Below, piece by piece: positions 34,815-51,105 of a stretch of 64,000 bases of DNA (within the stretch, counting starts at the first letter, position 1; each line of letters starts with the position of its first letter). The DNA lies in NCBI RefSeq assembly GCF_000143415.4, contig NW_003314397.1, positions 186,001 through 250,000 of the forward strand. Direction: 5' to 3'. Source of the stretch: Selaginella moellendorffii. Its lineage: Eukaryota; Plantae; Lycopodiophyta. A model generated the notes under the pieces. The model saw only the letters and a list, made by a program, of their open reading frames with translations. It was not told the origin of the DNA and ran no database searches. Both the position numbers and the translations under genes were made by a program.

Positions 34815-36111
34815 ATGGGCTGCTTCCACTCGAAGCCCTCGCAGCACGCGGCCGGGTACGAAGATCCTGTAGCTCTGGCCAGTGATACTACCTGTGAGTT
34901 TGATCATTTGCCGCGTTTTTCCCTGCTAAAGTGCGGTGGCTTCTTCCAGTCAGCGTGAGTGAGATCGAAGCGCTGTATGAGCTCTTCAAGAAGATCAGCA
35001 GCTCCGTTATTGACGATGGCCTCATCCACAAGGTGTGTGATTCGATTTTCTTCTTGGGCTTCTTGGGCTCGCTTAGATCTCGCTCGGCTTCACTTCAGGA
35101 GGAATTCCGCTTGGCGCTCTTCAAGAACAGCAAGAAGGAGAACTTGTTCGCAGATCGGGTACTTGTTTCTTTTTTCTTTTTCCACTCGTGCTTGCTCCTT
35201 TTGACAAGTTCTCTTTTTTTTCTCTCTCTCTCTCTTTCTGCAGGTGTTTGACCTTTTCGATGTGAAGAGAAACGGGGTGATCGATTTCGGCGAGTTCGTG
35301 CGCTCCCTCAGCGTGTTCCACCCCAATGCACCGCTGGAAGACAAGATCGACTGTAAGATGGATAACTCGTTCAACTCATGCGTTGTTTTCTCATGGTTGT
35401 TTTCTTCTCCTTTTGCAGTTGCCTTCCAGCTGTATGATCTGCGCAGGACCGGTTTCATCGAACGAGAAGAGGTACTAGCAAAGCATTTGAAGATGCTATT
35501 CAGATGAAAACTAAGATCAAACTGCAGGTGAAGCAGATGCTAATCGCCTTGTTATCAGAGTCGGATATGAAGCTCTCCGACGACGTCATCGAAACTATTC
35601 TTGATAAGGTCGAGAAGTTGATCGCTCTTCTTCTTCGTACGCTAAACAAGCTATTGTCTCTTTTTCTTTTGTGATGCAGACGTTTGCGGAAGCCGACACC
35701 AACAACGACAGTCGGATTGACAAGGAGGAGTGGCAGAACTTCGTGCTGAGGAATCCTTCGCTCATGAAGAACATGACGCTGCCGTACCTCAAGTAAGCTC
35801 ACCACTCTCTCTACTTGGAAAAGCACTCATCACTTGGGACTAGCAGCATTGTTTCTAGTTTGCGTCCTTGCTAGTTCGCTCGCTGCTTGCTTGCTTGCTT
35901 GCATATCCCGCGATGGCTTGGTTGATGTGTGTGGTGGGATATTTGCAGGAACCTTACAACCGCATTCCCCAGCTTTCTTTTCAATTCTGGTGTTGATGAT
36001 AGTGTTCTGTGAGCCCAGCGCCAGCCACTCAACTGTGTTTCTGTGTGTAGAGATATCACGACAGCATTCCCGAGCTTTGTATTCAATTCGGAAGTTGAAG
36101 ACGTTGCGTGA
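34815..36111 (+). CDS. CBL: Calcineurin B-like calcium sensor with two alternative terminal exons
   Basis: MGCFHSK (myristoylation/S-acylation motif), '[30 protein letters not shown]', EF hands, FPSF motif. Confidence 0.93.
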
Positions 36112-36393
36112 GAGTGTGAGAAGATCGCAGAGAGTGGCAGAAGGAAGATCGCAGGGAGTGAGAAACATTCGCAGAGAAAATCGCGAAAGAGAGAGAGTGA
36201 GAGAGAACTTAGCAAGTGAGAGAACTTAGAGTGAGAGTGAGAACTTGAGAGAGAGAGAGAGAGAGAGAGTTAGCCTATACAAAACTTTTTATTCTTTTGG
36301 TTTGAATATTCTGGGCATTCCGCGTTGCGGGGTTACTTAGGGTTTTGTTCTTCGTGTGTGCTTGTCTCCACTGCGCTGCGCTGTGCTGGAGAA

Positions 36394-38316
36394 ATGTCCG
36401 TGGCATCGCTCGTGGACAAGGCGACGAGCGATCTGCTCATCGGCCCGGATTGGGGGAGGAATTTGGAGATTTGCGACGCGCTCAACAATGATCCAGGGTA
36501 TGTGTCGACCCAATTGCTTGTTTTGCGATTCATTGCGGGCTCTCTCCATCGCAGGCAAGCAAAGGAGGTTGTCAAGGCGGCCAGGAAGCGGCTGGCGCAC
36601 AAGAATCCGACTGTCCAGCTCCTCACTCTCACCGTAAGCCGCGCGAAATCTCTATTCTATCGGTTCCAGTCGGCCATTTCTATTGTCCTTCACAGGTCCT
36701 GGAGACTCTGGTGAAGAATTGCGGAGACGCTGTCCACCAGCAAGTTGCCGAGAAGGATGTTTTGCACGAGATGGTGAAGATTGTCAAGAAGAGGGTAAGC
36801 GAGAATCTCTCGTGTGTAGCTTTTGCTGCTCGTCTCAAGCGTGCTGGACCGCGCAGGGCGACTTGAGCGTGCGAGAGAAGATACTCGGCTTGCTGGATTC
36901 GTGGCAAGAGGCATTTGGTGGCCAGAGAGGAAGGTACCCGCAGTTCTTTTCCGCGTATGATGAACTCAGACGGTCGGGAGTGGATTTTCCCCAGCGTCAA
37001 GATGCTCCGCCTATCTTCACTCCTCCTCAGTCGCATCCTATCACTGCATATCCAGCCCCGGGATTTGTAGCAGCAGCAGCATCACCGGAGCCGCCATTGC
37101 CACCACTGGACGTAGATATCCAGCGACTGAGGTGCGTCCAAAGCTTTCTTCTCTTGTGCTCTATCCAAGAGATTGTTTCTTCTTTGTTGCAGCTTAGCGG
37201 ACCTTGACAGTGCAAGGAGCGGGATGGAGGTTCTCTCGGAGATGCTCAACGCGATCGATCCTCGAGATAAATCGGTATAGTCTGTTCTCTTACTGGATGG
37301 CAGGCCGTAACACCACAAAGGTTTTCTACAGGCTTTGAGGGAGGAGCTCATTGTGGAGCTTGTGGAGCAATGCCAACGGACGCAGAAGCAAGTCATGCAT
37401 CTCGTCAGCACCACGTCGTGAGTTGAGACTGCTAATACGAATTATGGAACGACTCAGTGGCTGATCAGTGTGTTTTGGTTTCCAGGGACGAGACACTCTT
37501 GTTTCAGGCTCTTTCCTTGAACGACGACTTGCAGAAAGTCCTTGCCAAGCGTGACGCAATCGCGTCGGGTGCTGCTCCTGCCGCGGCAAAACAGCCAGAG
37601 GCTCCGCCTGCTTCTGTTTTCCCACGCGAGGAGGAGGAAGGCGAAGATGACTTCGCACGGCTTGCTCGCAGGTTTGCTCTCTCTTTCCAAAATCTCAACT
37701 TTGACACGCCGGGTTGTGCCTTGTCCTTCGCAGAAGCCGGCAAAACTCGGATCAGCCTGCTCCGAAACCGAGCGCTCCCCCTCAACTCTTCCGAATTCCC
37801 GGCCCTCCAGTCCCGCAAACGAGAATCCAACCTCCTTCCAACAACAAGTCGACGAAACCAACGAGTGAAGATCTCCTCAGCGGCGAAGCTTTCGGCGCTG
37901 GTGGAGTCGCGAGTGACTCGAAGAAAGCTGCTGTGCTGCACACGCATGGCCTGGACGAGTTGGAGGAGCCGGAGGAGAACATCAACCCGTTCGCCTTGCG
38001 CAAGCAGCCTTCCAACGGCGCCGCGCCTGCAACTTCAACTCCGCAACCTCTCCCTCCGCCGCCACAGAAGAACTCCCAGCGCCAGCAGTTTTTCCAGCAC
38101 CACAGGCCAGTGTGGGACGAGGATCGATCAGAGCAAGAACACATGCACAACCCATACGCCGCGCTGTTCGATCAGCCCAAGCAGCAGCAGCAGCAGCAGC
38201 AGCAGCACCAGGCCGAGAAGCCGACGGCGATGTCGAGCAGTGCGACGCCGAGCAGCAGCAACAGCCTGTTCAGTGATCTTGTCGATCTCCAAGGCGCGAG
38301 GATGAAACGATTGTAA
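36394..38316 (+). CDS. TOM1-like (VHS-GAT) ubiquitin receptor
   Basis: 'VDKATSDLLIGPDW', 'LETLVKNCG', GAT 'LFQALSLNDDLQKVLAK', NPF/NPY motifs and a polyQ tail. Confidence 0.88.
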
Positions 38317-38584
38317 GCTAGACGAAGGCGGCATATCCCGTGTGTGAATGGGAAGAAGATTCCGGGTGCTGAGGTGGACGGTGCTGACGTGGATGGTGCC
38401 ACGTCGGATCTAGGTCGTTGTAGAGGTAGCGAGCGAGGGGAAAGAGGGGACAGTTTGTTGGCTGTGGCGCTCTCTCTCTCGCTCCCTCTCGTGTCAGTTT
38501 TTAGGGTTTTCTCGTCGCGCGCTCTCTCGCTCGCTCTCTCGCTCTCTCGCTCGCGCGCGCGCGCTACTGCTCGTGGCCACAACA

Positions 38585-39041
<457 letters not shown>

Positions 39042-39696
39042 TCGATCATGATCACTCGATCACCCACACACACACACTCTACTATATGGATTGAGCAGCA
39101 TCAATATCGCATCCCTTTGTTTCTACTTCTTGACAATGCTGTCCGGTGTGGAAATTTTTGCCTGTAACATAATTGCCTCATTACTTTAGTCGTAGTTCTT
39201 GGCGCTGGGAAGGATCATCAGCTTAAAGAGTGGCTTTGTCTCGCCTGCGTGATCGTGATCGGATAGAGCGGTGCCAGTGCTGGATGGAATTCTGTGAAAA
39301 GATGTGACGAGCACGTAGTTTATGCGCGAGAAACGTACGTGGTGGCGAGCAGCAAGCCTGTCATGTCTTGGCGCCTGGCTCTTCCACTCTGGCCGGGTTG
39401 AAAGATTCCGGACGCCGCGCTAGAAAACACGCGATACGGGTGGTATCGGTCGCGTAGAACAAAAACGAAAAAGGAAAAAACCATCGCGTGGAATCCACAT
39501 TGTTCTTGGAGACATGGAGGATCTCCAGAGGAAAACGAGCGAGCGAGCGAGAGCCAATCTGGATATCTTGTTGGTCACCTACGTCCTATATTCTAAGTTG
39601 TCTCGTACGTAGAGCATCAACCTTGCTTGTCACCAACACTTAAGGCCGTGAGCGAGCATCGTCCTCGCGAGCTCCAAAACTTGCGTCCGCTAGATC

Positions 39697-41311
39697 ATGA
39701 GCTGCCTGCTCGTGCTGTGCTCGAGCTTGCTCGTCATTGCAGCAGCGAGCGATTCCAAACTTCCATCCTCACCACCACCACCACCACCACTTCCCGTGCT
39801 TCCAATCCCATCGTCCAAGCAGCTCCACTGGCAGCGTCGCGAGCGATCAATCTTCTTCCACTTCGGCATGAACACCTTCACCGACTCCGAGACGGGGACC
39901 GGGCTCGAGGACCCGCGACTCTTCTTTCCCACGCACCTCAACGCAAGGCAATGGGTGAGCGTGGCCAAGGACGCCGGATTCACGCTCGTCGTGCTCGTCG
40001 CCAAGCACCACGATGGCTTCTGCTTGTGGCCGTCCAAGTACACCAATCACTCCGTGGCCAGCAGCTTCTGGAAATCCGGCAAAGGAGACGTAGTGCGCGA
40101 GCTCACCGACGCGGTAGCCGAGGCCGGCATTGATCTCGGCCTCTATCTCTCGCCATGGGACCGCCACGAGCCCAGCTACGGCAACACGCTCGACTACAAC
40201 AAGCACTACCTCGCCCAGATGCGAGAGCTCCTCACCAAGTTAGTGGAACACCATTTCCAGCTATGGTGGTCGTATAGATGCTTGATATAACTAACTTGGT
40301 CTCTGTATTGTGTGTAGCTACGGCAACATCTCGGAGGTGTGGCTGGATGGCGCAAAAGGCAACATCAGCATGGAGTATAAGTTTGACGAATGGTTTGAGA
40401 CGATCCATCAGCTCCAGCCGGGAGCGCTCATCTTCTCGGACGCGGGGCCGGACACGAGGTGGGTCGGGGACGAGCAAGGCCGGGCCGGAGCAACTTGCTG
40501 GTCCATGGTCCGGAGGAGCAGCATCCAGATCGGCAACTCGGGCCCCATCTTGCAGTAAGTTGTCAAGTTGGTGGTGACGAGCTGGATCTGATCATCCTTG
40601 GCTGTTCTTGTTTGTAGGTATCTCAACCAGGGGGACGAGCACGGCAGCGACTGGGTACCACCCGAGTGTGATGTTTCGATCCGGACGGGATGGTTCTGGC
40701 ACCGGAGCGAGCGTCCGAAAGATCTGTGGAGCCTGCTCGACATCTACTACACCTCCGTGGGCCGGAACTGTGTCCTGCTGCTCAACGTTCCGCCTAACTC
40801 GTCCGGCCTCATCTCGGACGAGGACTCCAAAACTCTGCGCGCCTTGAGCACCGCCATCACCACCATCTTCTCCGTCAACCTGGCCGCCTCGCCTCTCTCG
40901 GTCACCGCCAGCAGCGCCTACAGCACCGAGCACGGCCCCCACCAAGTTCTCACCCCGGACATCTCCTCCTTCTGGTCGCCGCGCGAGGGAGAGGCCGCTG
41001 GATGGCTCATGCTCGACTTGGGAAAGCCCACGCTCTTCAACTTGGTGAAGATCCAAGAGGCCATTGCCTGGGGCCAGAGAGTTCGCTACCACCGTGTCGA
41101 CGTGCTCAGCGTCACCAGGGGGTGGACGACCGTCGCACAAGGAACCACCATCGGCTACAAGAGGCTGCATCGGCTCAAGCTGATCGTCAAGGCTCAGCTC
41201 GTCAAGCTTGTCATCCTCGACTCCCGAGCTGCGCCACCACTGGTTGCCTCGTTCGGCCTGTACCTGGATCCATATCCACACGTTGGCAACGATACTTCAG
41301 TGATCTCTTGA
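39697..41311 (+). CDS. FUC1: Alpha-L-fucosidase (GH29), 3 exons
   Basis: Signal peptide, 'HFGMNTF', 'AKHHDGFCLWPS', 'YLSPWDRH', 'VWLDGA', 'ECDVSIRTGWFWH'. Confidence 0.93.
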
Positions 41312-41433
41312 CAATCCATTCGTCAAAGCGAGCTCTCGCGAGCTCCCTTTCGAGCTTCTATATTCACACTAGCTCTACCAATGCTAGAAAGCAGAAAGGG
41401 AAAACGAACTTAACCGGGAGAAAGCAGAGACTG

Positions 41434-43021
41434 TCAATCCTTGTTCTTGTTGCCTCCTCCTCCGCCCTTGATGACAAACTCGTTGCGCACCAGGTTTGCT
41501 CGCAGCAGCATTGCGCGTGTGTCCTGCTGGAAGTCGTAGCCTGTTTGCATGGCGCGTTGAAACGATGCCTTGCGTTGGTCAGCGTGGCGAGCGTAGAGAA
41601 TCTTGTTGTGGGAGTCGATCCGGGCCTGGCAACAACGTGAAGAGTAAGAAACTAACAGCCACCATTGTTCTAGCTTACCTGAATCTGGTCCTCCATGATC
41701 AAGGCCGCAAGCTCCTTCTCCAGGCCAGACACGTTGGTCTTAAATGCGTTGGCCATTGTGTTGAGGTCTACCGATATGAACGGCGTCGTGTACTGGATGA
41801 GAGCCTTGTGCCTGATCTGCTCGTACAGCGCTTCCACGTGATCGTAGAGATGAATGTCCAGCACTAGGCTGCCCTTGAGCTTTTGCAAACAGCTGAGGCA
41901 TGACGCATAGCGGCTGGAAAAAGAAAAGAGCAAAGATCACAAAAGATTTCTTCCCTCAGCCTTAAGAGATCCACATACCTCGCATAGAAATCATGAATCA
42001 CTTCTCGCACTTCCGGTGTCAGCTCCAGAAAGTTTCTAAAGTTGACATTATCAATCACCTTGCTCTGCAAGGATGATGTCAGTTACGATGGCTGGTCTAG
42101 AAAAAAACACAAAGCACGAACCTTGAGATCGGCCCTGTCGAAGGAGGCGAGAGCGCAGAGACCACCGTATGTTGCAACGTCCTGCGGCGCAATGACTTCC
42201 GAGTAGTTGTTACCAATCTCAAAGTTGGTCTCTACGAACTGGAAAGAAGGTTGGCCGAGGAGCGAATGGAAAGAGTGCCTACCTTGCGAGCTGCGAGCTT
42301 GTACTTCTTGCTCTCCAGGTACGCCAACCCGGCCGCACACTTGAGCTTGGCGAGGATGATGGGATCCTGGATGTCCGGCGTCTGATCGGCCTTGGAGACG
42401 TAGTTCGAAACGTGCACGAAGTGGCCGAGCTCGATGCTGACGAGAATGACGTTGAGACACATCGCGATTATGTGCTTGGAGGTGGTGCAGTAGTCGCGAG
42501 TCCGGACGTAGCACTTGAAAGCTTGCTGGAGATCTCCACGGCTGTAGAAGAAATCTCCCAGATCATTGTAGCCCATGCGAATGCTCTCCTTGATGAGATT
42601 GGTCTGCGCAAGGAAACGATCCTCTTAGTTCCTACGAGACGAGAAAGAAAAGAAAGAGCGATACCTTGTAGCCATTGAGCTCCATGTCGAGCTTCTCCTG
42701 GCGTTGCACGGCCCTGCGATCGACCACATCGACCCATTCCTGGTCGCGAGCGTAGGCGGCCCCCAGGCGGCCTCCAATCTTGTCCACCACCTCCTTGTAG
42801 AGCAGCGTGTTCTCGGCCCTGCGTATCTCGTTGTGCGCCATTCGCAGAGCTTCCAGCTCCAAGTTGTGAGACTTGGCATGGTCGGCTATGAAGAAGAGGC
42901 GGGTCACCTTGGTTCGCCCGCTATACAAACCGGCGTACGCTTCCAAGTCCACCTGGTCGCCGGCGGCCACTCCAGCGCTGCCGCTCGCGTCGCCTCCTCC
43001 TCCATCGCCCTCCATCGCCAT
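41434..43021 (-). CDS. CSN1: COP9 signalosome subunit 1
   Basis: '[14 protein letters not shown]', '[17 protein letters not shown]', 'RDYCTT', PCI 'IRHKALIQY', '[12 protein letters not shown]'. Confidence 0.95.
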
Positions 43022-43130
43022 CGCGCTCTCTCTCTCGCTGCGCTAGGGTTCTAAGCTGACGTGGCACTAGAATCTCATCCGACGGTCGCCGGGCAAAGAG
43101 TTTAGGGTTTGCGGCTGGGGAGGACAAAGA

Positions 43131-44366
43131 ATGGCGCGATCGCGATGCGGCTGGCTGCTCGTCCTGGCGCTCCTCGTCTTCGCTGCCATCGCTTGCTTCC
43201 CAGGTGACACAGATCGGGGCCGGATTGGATCTGGCCGAATTTGACTCGAGAGAATTTCGTTTTGCAGCTCGATCCAGGGCCGAATTGGAGGAAGGGAGCG
43301 ACGTGGATTCGTCGCCCGGGGCTGGCGAGGAGGTTGGAGTCGTGGACGAGGGCGTGATTGACGCATTCGATACCGTCGGCCCGGCGGCTGGAGTCGACAC
43401 GGTCTACCACTTTCCAAACAATCCGCAAAAACGTGAAAGAGCTTGTTGAGATCCATGCCACGCTCCTCCGTGCTAACCATGGTGCTGTGGGATTTTTGCA
43501 GTAGTTCCTGCTGGAGCGACCGCCGAGATTCTCGTCGGGATCGGCAACACTGGTAAGCTACACACCCGGTTGGTTGGTTTCTCACTTGTTCTTTCCAGGG
43601 GACGCTGCTGTCAAAGTGAACTCCATCCGGGGAACTCTTCACCTCCCGTTTGATCACAAGTACTTGGTCCAGAACTTCACTGTCCAGGTTTGAGAGTTGT
43701 TTCTACGTATCAATCATCCCCAGCGTTTTCCTGGAGCAGGAGTTTGGGAATGCAACCGTCCCTCCGGGCGTCCAGGCAACGTTTGCGTATCCCTTCACCG
43801 TGACCAAGTTCCTCCAGGTAAGTTTCGGATGTTTTCGCGATTGATTGGACTCCATGCTCGTTGCGCAGCCAGGGAGCTTCTCGCTGGTGGCGAGCGTGCT
43901 CTATGAAGTCGACGGTGACATCCACAAGACCGTCTTTTACAATGGCACTGTCGAGATCGTGGAGTCTGGTGGTTTCCTAAGCGGCGAGACGCTCTTCCTG
44001 GTCACGCTTGGGCTTGGCCTGATGGGACTTTTGTCTCTGTGGATCCACGGACAACTCCAACGTTTCTCAAAGGTAAGCAAAGCTATCTATCATCACTCTC
44101 GCTTAGCTCCGACTGGATGGATGCATCCATTCGTCGTGGTTTTTGGTTTCACCAGACGCGGAAGACAAAGGTGGTTGAGACGGGAACTCGGAACGCCGAT
44201 GCAGCGAACAATGAATGGCTACAGGTCTCTCTTTTTCTTTCAGAGTTTGCGAAGAGTTTGCTAAGGCCATTGTTTTTCTTTTGTTTGATTTGCGCAGGGC
44301 ACTGCATTCACCGCGAAAATATCCAAGAGCATCTCTCAACAAAGCAAGTCCAAGAAGAAGAAATAG
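43131..44366 (+). CDS. SSR1: Translocon-associated protein subunit alpha
   Basis: Signal peptide, acidic N-region, 'VQNFT', 'FYNGTVEIVE', TM, 'KVVETGT', 'EWLQGT'. Confidence 0.9.
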
Positions 44367-44473
44367 GATCATAAGTTAAACCACTTTTTTGTTTTGCAAG
44401 TTTTTTGGTCTCTCTAAAAAGGTCTAGAGTTTTTCCTGGAGGAAAGGCCTCTAGGGTTTGCTAAAGTGAGAGG

Positions 44474-45043
44474 ATGGGCGTGGTCAGGGAGGTTCTCAGG
44501 GCTGGCACTGGCGCGATTCCAAAGCCCGGCCAGAGTGTCACGGTGCATTGCACTGGCTATGGTGAGTGAAGGCGCTCAGCTATAGCTCTGATTCATTCCA
44601 ATCTACTGCTGCTTGTCCAGGCAAAAACAGGGATCTCAACCAAAAGTTTTGGAGGTGAGTGTGCTCTAGCTCTAGCTCTAGCTTTGTCTCACTCTCCATC
44701 CAGCACCAAGGACCCTGGACAGAAACCCTTTCAGTTCAAGATTGGACAGGGAAGTGTGATCAAAGGTTCTCGGATCTATCCAGAAAAATGCTTTTGTTTC
44801 TCAGTTGTCTTTGCTCTTCATTCCAGGGTGGGACGAAGGTGTCATGGCAATGCAACTGGGAGAAATCGCTCGGCTCAAGGTAAGCTTTTTCTATTTCCTG
44901 TCGATTTCACTGGCAGTAATGAGGCTTCTTTGTTGCTCCAGTGCACTCCGGACTATGCTTACGGGAAGGATGGATTCCCTGCGTGGGGCATTGAACCAAA
45001 TTCCGAACTTGTTTTCGAGATCGAAGTTCTTAGCCTTGGTTGA
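44474..45043 (+). CDS. FKBP12: FK506-binding protein 12 (PPIase)
   Basis: MGVVREVLRAGTG..VTVHCTGYG..KFWSTKDPGQKPFQFKIGQGSVIKGWDEGV..PDYAYG..FEIEVL. Confidence 0.95.
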
Positions 45044-45095
45044 GAGAGTTGCCGTACCATACAAGATAGACAGTGAATGCCATGCTGCTTGAAAT

Positions 45096-46251
45096 CTAAT
45101 CGTGATCGCTTTCATCACTAAAGTAGCCGCTGCTCTTTCTCGGCCCCTTTGAAACACAAGCAAACCAAAGCGTCAGTAGGAAAGCAAGAGAAGAAAAAAT
45201 GAGACCTTGAGTCCTCGTGATGGCTGTTTTTGAGTGTGTTGCGTATCAAATGTATTCCTGCAAAAACCCAGCATCATCATCTCTGGGACGCTGTTTGTCA
45301 AAAGCAAAGCTCTACCTCGTGTCCACAATTGACGCCCAGCCTTCAGGTGCTGGAGCTTCTTCTTGTTCTTCTCCTTCTTCGTCCTCGCTGCACAAATCCA
45401 TTCAAGCAGAGACACAGAAAAGATTTGCAAACCTCTCAGCCGGATCGTCCACCGGTTGCGTTACGTCCTTTTGTCCCCGACGCTGCTTCTTGGGACAAGG
45501 CCGCTCCCTGAAAAGCTGCGCGAATGAAACGCATGTCACAGAGCAAACTTTACGAGCAAAACTCCACCTTGTTCTTTGGACACTCGTACGAGAGATGGCC
45601 ATCCTCGCCACACTCGTAGCACCGGCTCTTGTCCTTGTAAACCTGGCGGACACAAACAAGCGGGAGAGATGATCAATCCAAGCAAGCCCGAGCGAGAAAA
45701 AAGATGGTCTTCCTTTGTTCTACCTTGCGACGGATAAACTCTCGAGCCCGGCCATTGTCTTGCGCAATGGAAACTTTCAAGGTTCTCTTGTTGAGCACCA
45801 CTCCATCCATGGCCTTCACCTGGGAAACGCAATGCGCTGGTTAGCAGAGCTTCCATCTCCTCCATTCACAAGCTCTCACCGCTTTCTCGGCATCCTCTCG
45901 CGCAGTGAACAAGATAAATGCCACTCCTTTGCTCTGCCGCGTTACCCTGTCCTTCATCACCGTCACCCTGGATCGCGAGCTCGTGAGCAAAATCCCCTCG
46001 CAAGATCGCAAGGAAATACCTGCTTACTTGCCTACTTTGCCCATTTTGCTGAAGATCGTGTAGAGATCGCTGTTGGTGAGCGAGAAATCGAGATTGCTCA
46101 CATACACGGTGGATTTGGATGGAACCAGACCCCCGCTGCCTTGTTTGCCCCTCTTCTTGTGCTGCGCGTCGCGCGTGGATGTGGATTCCTCCTCCTCCTC
46201 CCAGTCGTCATCGTCATCGCTCACACCCCTGGGAAACCCAGACGCGGCCAT
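45096..46251 (-). CDS. ZCRB1: U11/U12 snRNP 31-kDa protein (RRM + CCHC)
   Basis: '[22 protein letters not shown]', [19 protein letters not shown]-terminal SGYFSDES. Confidence 0.9.
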
Positions 46252-46350
46252 GAAGAACCCTAACAAGTGTAGGACTAGCGATTAAGTACTTATTTCTATA
46301 CATTAATCAATCAATCAAAACTCCAAGGTATGCGCTGCGAGGAAAGATCA

Positions 46351-47708
46351 TCAAAGTCCACCCATGCGTCGGTTGAAAAGAATGTGGCTGGTGTTCGCGA
46401 CGGGAGTCAATCCGGGAAGATCGCGGATGTTCTTGTTCTTGGGATCAACAACCTGCCATCGAAAGAAATCTCGTTTGAGCGCTCCTGGAAACAAAGAGAA
46501 TGGACTTTACCTTGACGACGATCACGGCAATGACACCCACGACAATGAGGAACAGGAAGAACAGTATGCATCTATCTGTGGCAAGCTGCAAAACAAGAAA
46601 TGGACCCTCCACCAGTGTAAGGAGCAAAGATACTAGTTGCAAAGCAAAAGAGTTTACCTGTCTGCCAATCTCCTTGACGAGTTGAGACGCCTTTTTGATG
46701 GAGAATTGGATGTTGTCTAGCTCATTCACGATCCTGCCCATTTGCTCCGTCTGTAAAACCAATCACTCGTCTGTAAGTGCCCCCGAAAGAGAAAAATGCT
46801 TACTTGTCCTTTGAGCGTAAGAGCTGTTTGAGCGCCGACGTTGATGGTGTCCTCGACCACCTGTGAAAGATATATGAAATCGCAGGGAGTCACAAAGCGA
46901 CGCATCTATCGGACCTTTTTGGAGCGCTCGATCGTCTGATCCGTCTCGTCCATGGTTTTCTTCCCGGCGTCCATGAGTTGCTGGTTTGACATTGCTGCAA
47001 AACGAAGAGCAAAGAGCTTAGAGAACCAAGCGAGGCAAGCCGCGACTTACTGGACGCCATCTTCACGTTTGGATCCGTGAGGTCAGTGCGAGCACCTTCG
47101 GCACTGCCACCTTCCATCAACTCTGCCTTTTTGTTTCCCAGCGAGCTCGTGTACCTGGGTGAAAACCAAGAGAAAAAAAAAAGAACTTGTGAGACACCGG
47201 CATGGTGGAGGAATGCACACACAAGAACTCACGTTTTGCGCAGGGCCACATACGAGTTGAGCTCCTTGATCTGCAAGAGACACCATCCTAGCGATGAGAT
47301 CGATCGCTCGAAGAATCTCCATGGCCTCCTAGCATGGAACTTACCAGTGACTGCTTCTTTTCATTCAGCTGCTTTGTCAAATCCGGTGGGTTCCTCGACT
47401 CCTCCTCCTTGATCTCTCTATCAAACTCCTTGATGAGCCTGCATTGAAACTTTAGCGTCTCGAGCACAGCCAGGCGAAACCGACCTCTTGCACTCGCGCA
47501 TCTTGGCGGTGAGCTCCTCCAGATGCTTGCTCTGCCGGGCAGGCTCCTTGATCTTGTCCATCTTCTGGAAGCCGGATCTGCATTTTGGCCAGTGAGAAAT
47601 TTCTAGAGATTATCTAGAGCGAGCGAGCAGGGGGACTTACGAGAGAGCCCGGAAGAGATCCTTGAGCTGGCCATCGAGATCTGCCAATGCCGGGCTGAGC
47701 TCGGCCAT
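46351..47708 (-). CDS. NPSN: Novel plant SNARE (Qb-SNARE)
   Basis: 'QLEELTAKMRECKRLIKEF'-like segment, 'QTEQMGRIVNELDNIQFSIKKASQLVKEIGRQLATDRC', C-terminal TM. Confidence 0.9.
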
Positions 47709-47994
47709 CGTCTGGCGCCCAAACTTGATAGATCCCCCAAACAGCCTAATGCCTCATCCACCCAAACCCTAGGCGATGGATCGATGGATTTCCAGCAGCA
47801 GAGCAAGATCGCTGTGTCACAGGACTAGCGCAAGAGAGCATCCATCGCGAATTCGCTGCTGCCCCTTCCTTCCATTCCCGGCCCAAGATTTCCACTCCCC
47901 CTTTGGCCAGGCCTAGAAGAATATGCCGGGTATCGTAATCGCGAGTTAGGGTTCTTACCCGAGCACTGCCTAGGTTTAGCGCGCTGCGTTTGCC

Positions 47995-50933
<2,939 letters not shown>

Positions 50934-51105
50934 TGTCGTCGAGCCGCAAGCGCCTAAACCCTAGCTTCACAGGAAAACCCTAAAAGAGAACAGTTTGAAA
51001 CGTGAGGTTTTTATATCAAACCAAAACATTACATGATCGTCAAAATTATATAGAATGTGGATCTTCTCTTTCGCCACGTTTTGGCAAATTTTATGGTCAG
51101 CGATC

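Noticed and set aside
36247-36268. (GA)n tract, also poly-A at ~21949-21969 and (CAG)n at ~38181-38206
   Set aside because: Ordinary microsatellites.
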